A program made the translations under genes and the position numbers. A stretch of DNA of 62,284 nucleotides, filler included. It is 12 parts of 12 records of this genome, joined end to end, with 100 filler letters (N's around TTAATTAATTAA, not from the genome) between each part and the next. Parts side by side here need not be neighbours in the genome. Positions count along the whole stretch, not along the records: positions 58,181 to 62,284 come from SRR15195285_3868; 11 more parts are not named here. The stretch is one strand, 5' to 3'. Below the pieces are notes generated by a model. It searched no databases. It saw only the letters and a program-made list of their open reading frames with translations, and was not told the origin of the DNA. Below, piece after piece: positions 58,383-62,284 of the stretch; the stretch's first letter is position 1; each line of letters starts with the position of its first letter.

Positions 58383-60212
58383 ATGGGCGCGGCGGCATCT
58401 CTATGGCTGCTAGATCTAGTCTTATTGCTGGCATACTCCACCACCGTCTCCACTGCCGGAATCGACGCCGCCAAGCCGTCCATTGTCTTTTTTCTGACCG
58501 ACGTAAGCTACCAGCAGCAACTGCCATGGATCGTGTACACCTAGCACACCAAGCTTACCTGCTGTCTGCCATGGTTGTAGGATCAGGACTATATTATCGG
58601 TGGTTTCGACAAAATGCAGAAGACCAAGCGCCTGATTGGGGATCGGGGGGCAACTTTCAGCAATGCGCTGGTCCACTCGCCTATCTGCGCCATATCGCGC
58701 TCAGAGCTGCAGAGCGGCCGCTATCTCTACAACATCAAGAGCAACAACCTTCCGACGCCAGTCAAGAAGGGTATGGCTAGCGCAGGGAACGGCGGCCAGC
58801 ACCACGTAAACTACACTGGCCTCGTTGCTCAGAATAACTTCGGCAAGTTTCTACACGACCAGGCAGGCTACACGTGCGGGATGTTTGGAAAATGGATGAA
58901 TGAGTACAACACAGAGGTTGCGCCCGGTTGGGATCGCTGGTTCGCTGGCATGGGTTACGGCAACCTTAGCTACGTTGACTCCGAATCACCCACGGGGACA
59001 TATATCGCCTGCCCGTACGAACTGGGTTCCTGTGAGAATGCCCCACATATGGGATACACGACATCTCTAATCGGCAACAAGTCGCTCGAGTGGCTACGCA
59101 AAGTCGCCCCGCAATCAGCCACGGTGCCCTTCTTTGCGTACGTCGCAGTAACTGCGCCACACCTGCCTGATGTTCCTCCACCATGGTACGGGTGTGGAAA
59201 TGCCAGTTGCCCGTCCGTGTGGCCAACAGTTCATCCACACAAGCACCCTCCGGCCTGGTATGCCGATTGCGCAGGCGTAAAGTCACCCCGACTGCCGAAC
59301 TTCAACATGGACGGCACAGGCTTCCACGAGCAGATAGCGTCGCAGCTCCCGTTTGACGATGAAGCAATCCGGTACGTCGACAAGGTGGCAGTGATGCGAT
59401 GCTTAACGTTGCTAGCAGTGGACGACACTGTGGCAGAGCTCGCTGGCGCCCTCGACGAGCTCCAAGTTTCAAATCACACCTACTTCGTTTACAGCAGTGA
59501 TCGTAAGAGTCGCCATGCTGCAAAACGAATCTTCGTTCGCCTCGAATCCTCATATCTACTATACTTGCGCACAGATGGCTATAATCTCGGGCACCATCGT
59601 CTCCCAGACAACAAGTTCAATTCCTATCTACACGACCTCAGAATCCCCTTGCTCATCCGCGGCCCTGGTATCCAACCTGGTTTGCGACCAACTGAAATCG
59701 TTACCCAGGTCGACTATGCGCCGACATTTCTGGGACTCGCCGGCATTGTGGGGCCAACGATGGACGGGCGTTCGCTCGTTCAGAAGATTCTGATCCCAAA
59801 CGTTGACGATATTCGTGCACCAACGATTCCTGCCTCGGTTGTTTCGCATTGGGAGATGGAGGCTGTTCGTCGACCGGAGCCATGGCGTACTTTTGGGCTG
59901 TGTGCATGGTACATGTGCGGGTTCTCCATGTTGAACCATTCAGAAGACGATGCATCTAACACATTCTTAGCTCTGTATGTCAACGACAGCGCGCACGGAC
60001 TCTGGAAGTACGCTGAGTTCGACCCGACAGGAAAGCAGACGAACTTTGGTTCCCCAAATTTCTACGAGCTCTTTGATCTGACAATTGATCCACACGAGAC
60101 AGTAAATGTCTACTACAATAGTTCATATCCGCGCGTGACTCCGGAACTGAAAGACTTTCTGCACAAGACTGTGCATGCCACGTACACGTGTCAGGGTCCG
60201 GCTTGCCCTTAA
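58383..60212 (+). CDS. Secreted family-S1 sulfatase, N-acetylglucosamine-6-sulfatase-like; exons 58383-58502, 58581-59502, 59575-60212
   Basis: Signal peptide. KPSIVFFLTD|DQD, PICAISRSELQSGRY, GKWMN, TAPHLP, SSD|HGY (restored by removing a 72-nt intron), DLRIPLLIRGPGI, DYAPTFL, ELFDL..DPHE. Confidence 0.92.
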
Positions 60213-60495
60213 TGACAATAGCGACACTTTATGTTAGGGCCGCATCTCGCCGGCCGCATCGAACTCGATACATCAGCCCTTTCGCACTGCCCGAAGCAAT
60301 CCAGTAAGAGTGACCACTCAACCGGAAACAGTGTTGGCCGCTTCAACCATCAGCTGCGCGTAGTACTATCAGGACTCCGAACAGGGCTCCACATTACTGA
60401 AGAACGATCACAGCGTCGCGACTTGCATTCTACCTGTAAGTATCAAAAACAGATGCTGTGATCCGATTTTGCAGTAGCCGATGCCAACGTCCGTA

Positions 60496-62042
60496 TCATA
60501 TCGCCCAGGATGTCCACATATCGTTTTGTGGCGATAAATCCTCGACAAACGTTACGGTGTCCTATGGACACATGAACAGAGGTCATCATGAGGATGGTAC
60601 GTCGGTGGCACCCATCCAGGTTGCCACACGCGTCTATTCGATGCAGCAAGCGACTTGCCAGATTGATTATCAACTTTGGGGTGTGGCTTACCTTGTGCCA
60701 CTCCATTCCAAATTGCTTCACCATCTCAGGCGGGGTGTCGTCGGGATAGGCTCTGTGGCCTCCAGCGGCGTGCCCAGCAGGCCACTGCTGTGATGGTGAG
60801 ACGATCGTCGGTCGGTCTTGCTGAAAGTCTACGGGGACTGCAAAACGGATTGACGAGCCTCGATGAATTCCCGCGGAGTGCAACATACGCCCGTGCCCTG
60901 CGTAGAGTGGGCGAGACGGGCAACACGCCAACTCTTTGAGGCAACTCTGCACCCATACTCTGACAATCTGGCGTTTAGACAGGGATCAACAAATTGCTGC
61001 CTCGTACAGAAGATCACGTCACCTGCCTCCCCATGGATCTCGACGGGCTCGATGTCAGCTACAGCTTTGTCAAAGATCTGTTTGTAGCGCAACTGTCTAC
61101 CGTTGAGGCTGTCTCCAGTCATATTGCGTGTTTCCAGCGCGCTCGAGCCGGGGCCGCCGTTGCTCTCGTACTCAAAAGCGTAATACATGCGCTTGTGAGA
61201 TCCAGGCCAAAACGTCGTCCCACCCGAGCGAGGAGCCACGTCCGCGATGTATGCCATGGCATTAAGCTGCGTACGAATTCGAATGGGAGCCATTGCTCGG
61301 TATCAAGAGATGTGTATGTTGGTATGAACTCTAAACAAGCGTGTGGCTGTGAGGACTTCGTGCTTACCTGGCAAACCTGGCCGTCGTTGTGCGGACCAAG
61401 CAGGTCCGCAGAGATCCCAGGCTGCCCGATGTGATCATCTGGGTCTGCTCCTGGCTTCGCGCCGTGTTTTAAATGCTCGCTGGACGAAGGAAATATTGGG
61501 TATACTCCACGAACACGACGATTTTCCCGTAGTGGACCGAGCATCGCCGTCGCAATTGCACGCACATTGGTGTCGTACGGAACCAGTTCTCGCATCCAGT
61601 CAAGATGACCAAGCGACCGCAATCCACCACTATGGTGACCGTCGTGATTCACGGACGCTCCAACCCAGCTTGCTGGGTGTGAACGACTGATGCCCGGCGA
61701 AACTGAGTGCTGGTGCCTCGCCACTGAAATCCCGGGCACCGCTGCCAACGTCCTTCCTTCAAGCACATCCCACACCCTCGACATCGCCTCTGCGACTTTC
61801 ACGGGATCCAATAGCCTTTTCTTGATTAGAAAACCATGCTCTTTGAAGAACGCAATGTCGTCCGGCTCTAGTGTCCTCACGTACGTGGAAGCTGTCAGAT
61901 CTTCCTGATCGCAGAGGCGAGATGACCACCCCGCAGTCCTCTTACCCTTGTCCTGCGCTTTCCCTGCTGGGCTCATTCGTGCTTGATCTACCGATGCGAC
62001 GTGGTGGTACACGAGCTGCAGCCGTTCGTACGGTCGCGCCAT
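60496..62042 (-). CDS. Phytanoyl-CoA dioxygenase (PhyH) family Fe(II)/2-oxoglutarate oxygenase; multi-exon, PTS2-like N-terminus
   Basis: DIAFFKEHGFLI, GPHND (HxD), GGTTFWPGSH, GEAGDVIF, HGRMLHSAG (distal His). The last exon reads DTVTFVEDLSPQNDMWTSWAI*. Confidence 0.85.
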
Positions 62043-62284
62043 CGCGTGGCACACACGTACGTGCGACGGCGCACAAGTACGCCTATGTCCACTTCAAGCG
62101 CTCGCAAGCCAGGCTCCCCCAGCGATCGGGTGGAGCCACACACGCCTACCGACTGCTACATAGCGCTTGCTGTGCGAGCTCGTGCGTGCCGGCGGCGCTA
62201 ATCTGATGCATGCATACACTGTAGAGCCCGGAGGTTCGCCGGCGCGCGACCGCTCGCGGGCCCGCGCGGAGCATCCAACCTGGG

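Overview
This window is eukaryotic, intron-rich genomic DNA, not a prokaryotic locus. It is 12 unrelated contigs joined by eleven identical 100-nt artificial spacers (N44-TTAATTAATTAA-N44, stop codons in all six frames), so no gene-neighbourhood inference is valid across spacers. About 16 protein-coding genes can be reconstructed, most with short GT-AG introns. They include an axonemal dynein heavy chain (so the organism is a flagellate), a cyclic-nucleotide-domain K+ channel, a purple acid phosphatase, several secreted glycan-degrading enzymes (GH95-like, GH141-like, TIM-barrel GH-like, two sulfatases), a CXIP4-like Zn-knuckle protein, a large CUB/SRCR surface receptor and a PhyH dioxygenase. 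The most unusual items are four multidomain signalling or defence-like proteins. (1) A 10-exon single-pass receptor with an extracellular Venus-flytrap (ANF-receptor) domain, a TM helix, a cytoplasmic PARP-type ADP-ribosyltransferase domain and a WWE-like domain (15082-19180), i.e. a putative 'receptor PARP'. (2) A Ser/Thr kinase-PARP-ARM fusion. (3) A helical-repeat-SAM-TIR-NB-ARC STAND/NLR-like protein. (4) A nuclear dynamin-like GTPase fused to a GREB1/TAGT-like glycosyltransferase. All domain calls come from manual motif recognition, and no database search was run. The gene repertoire suggests a marine heterotrophic picoflagellate (Picozoa-like is only an inference).
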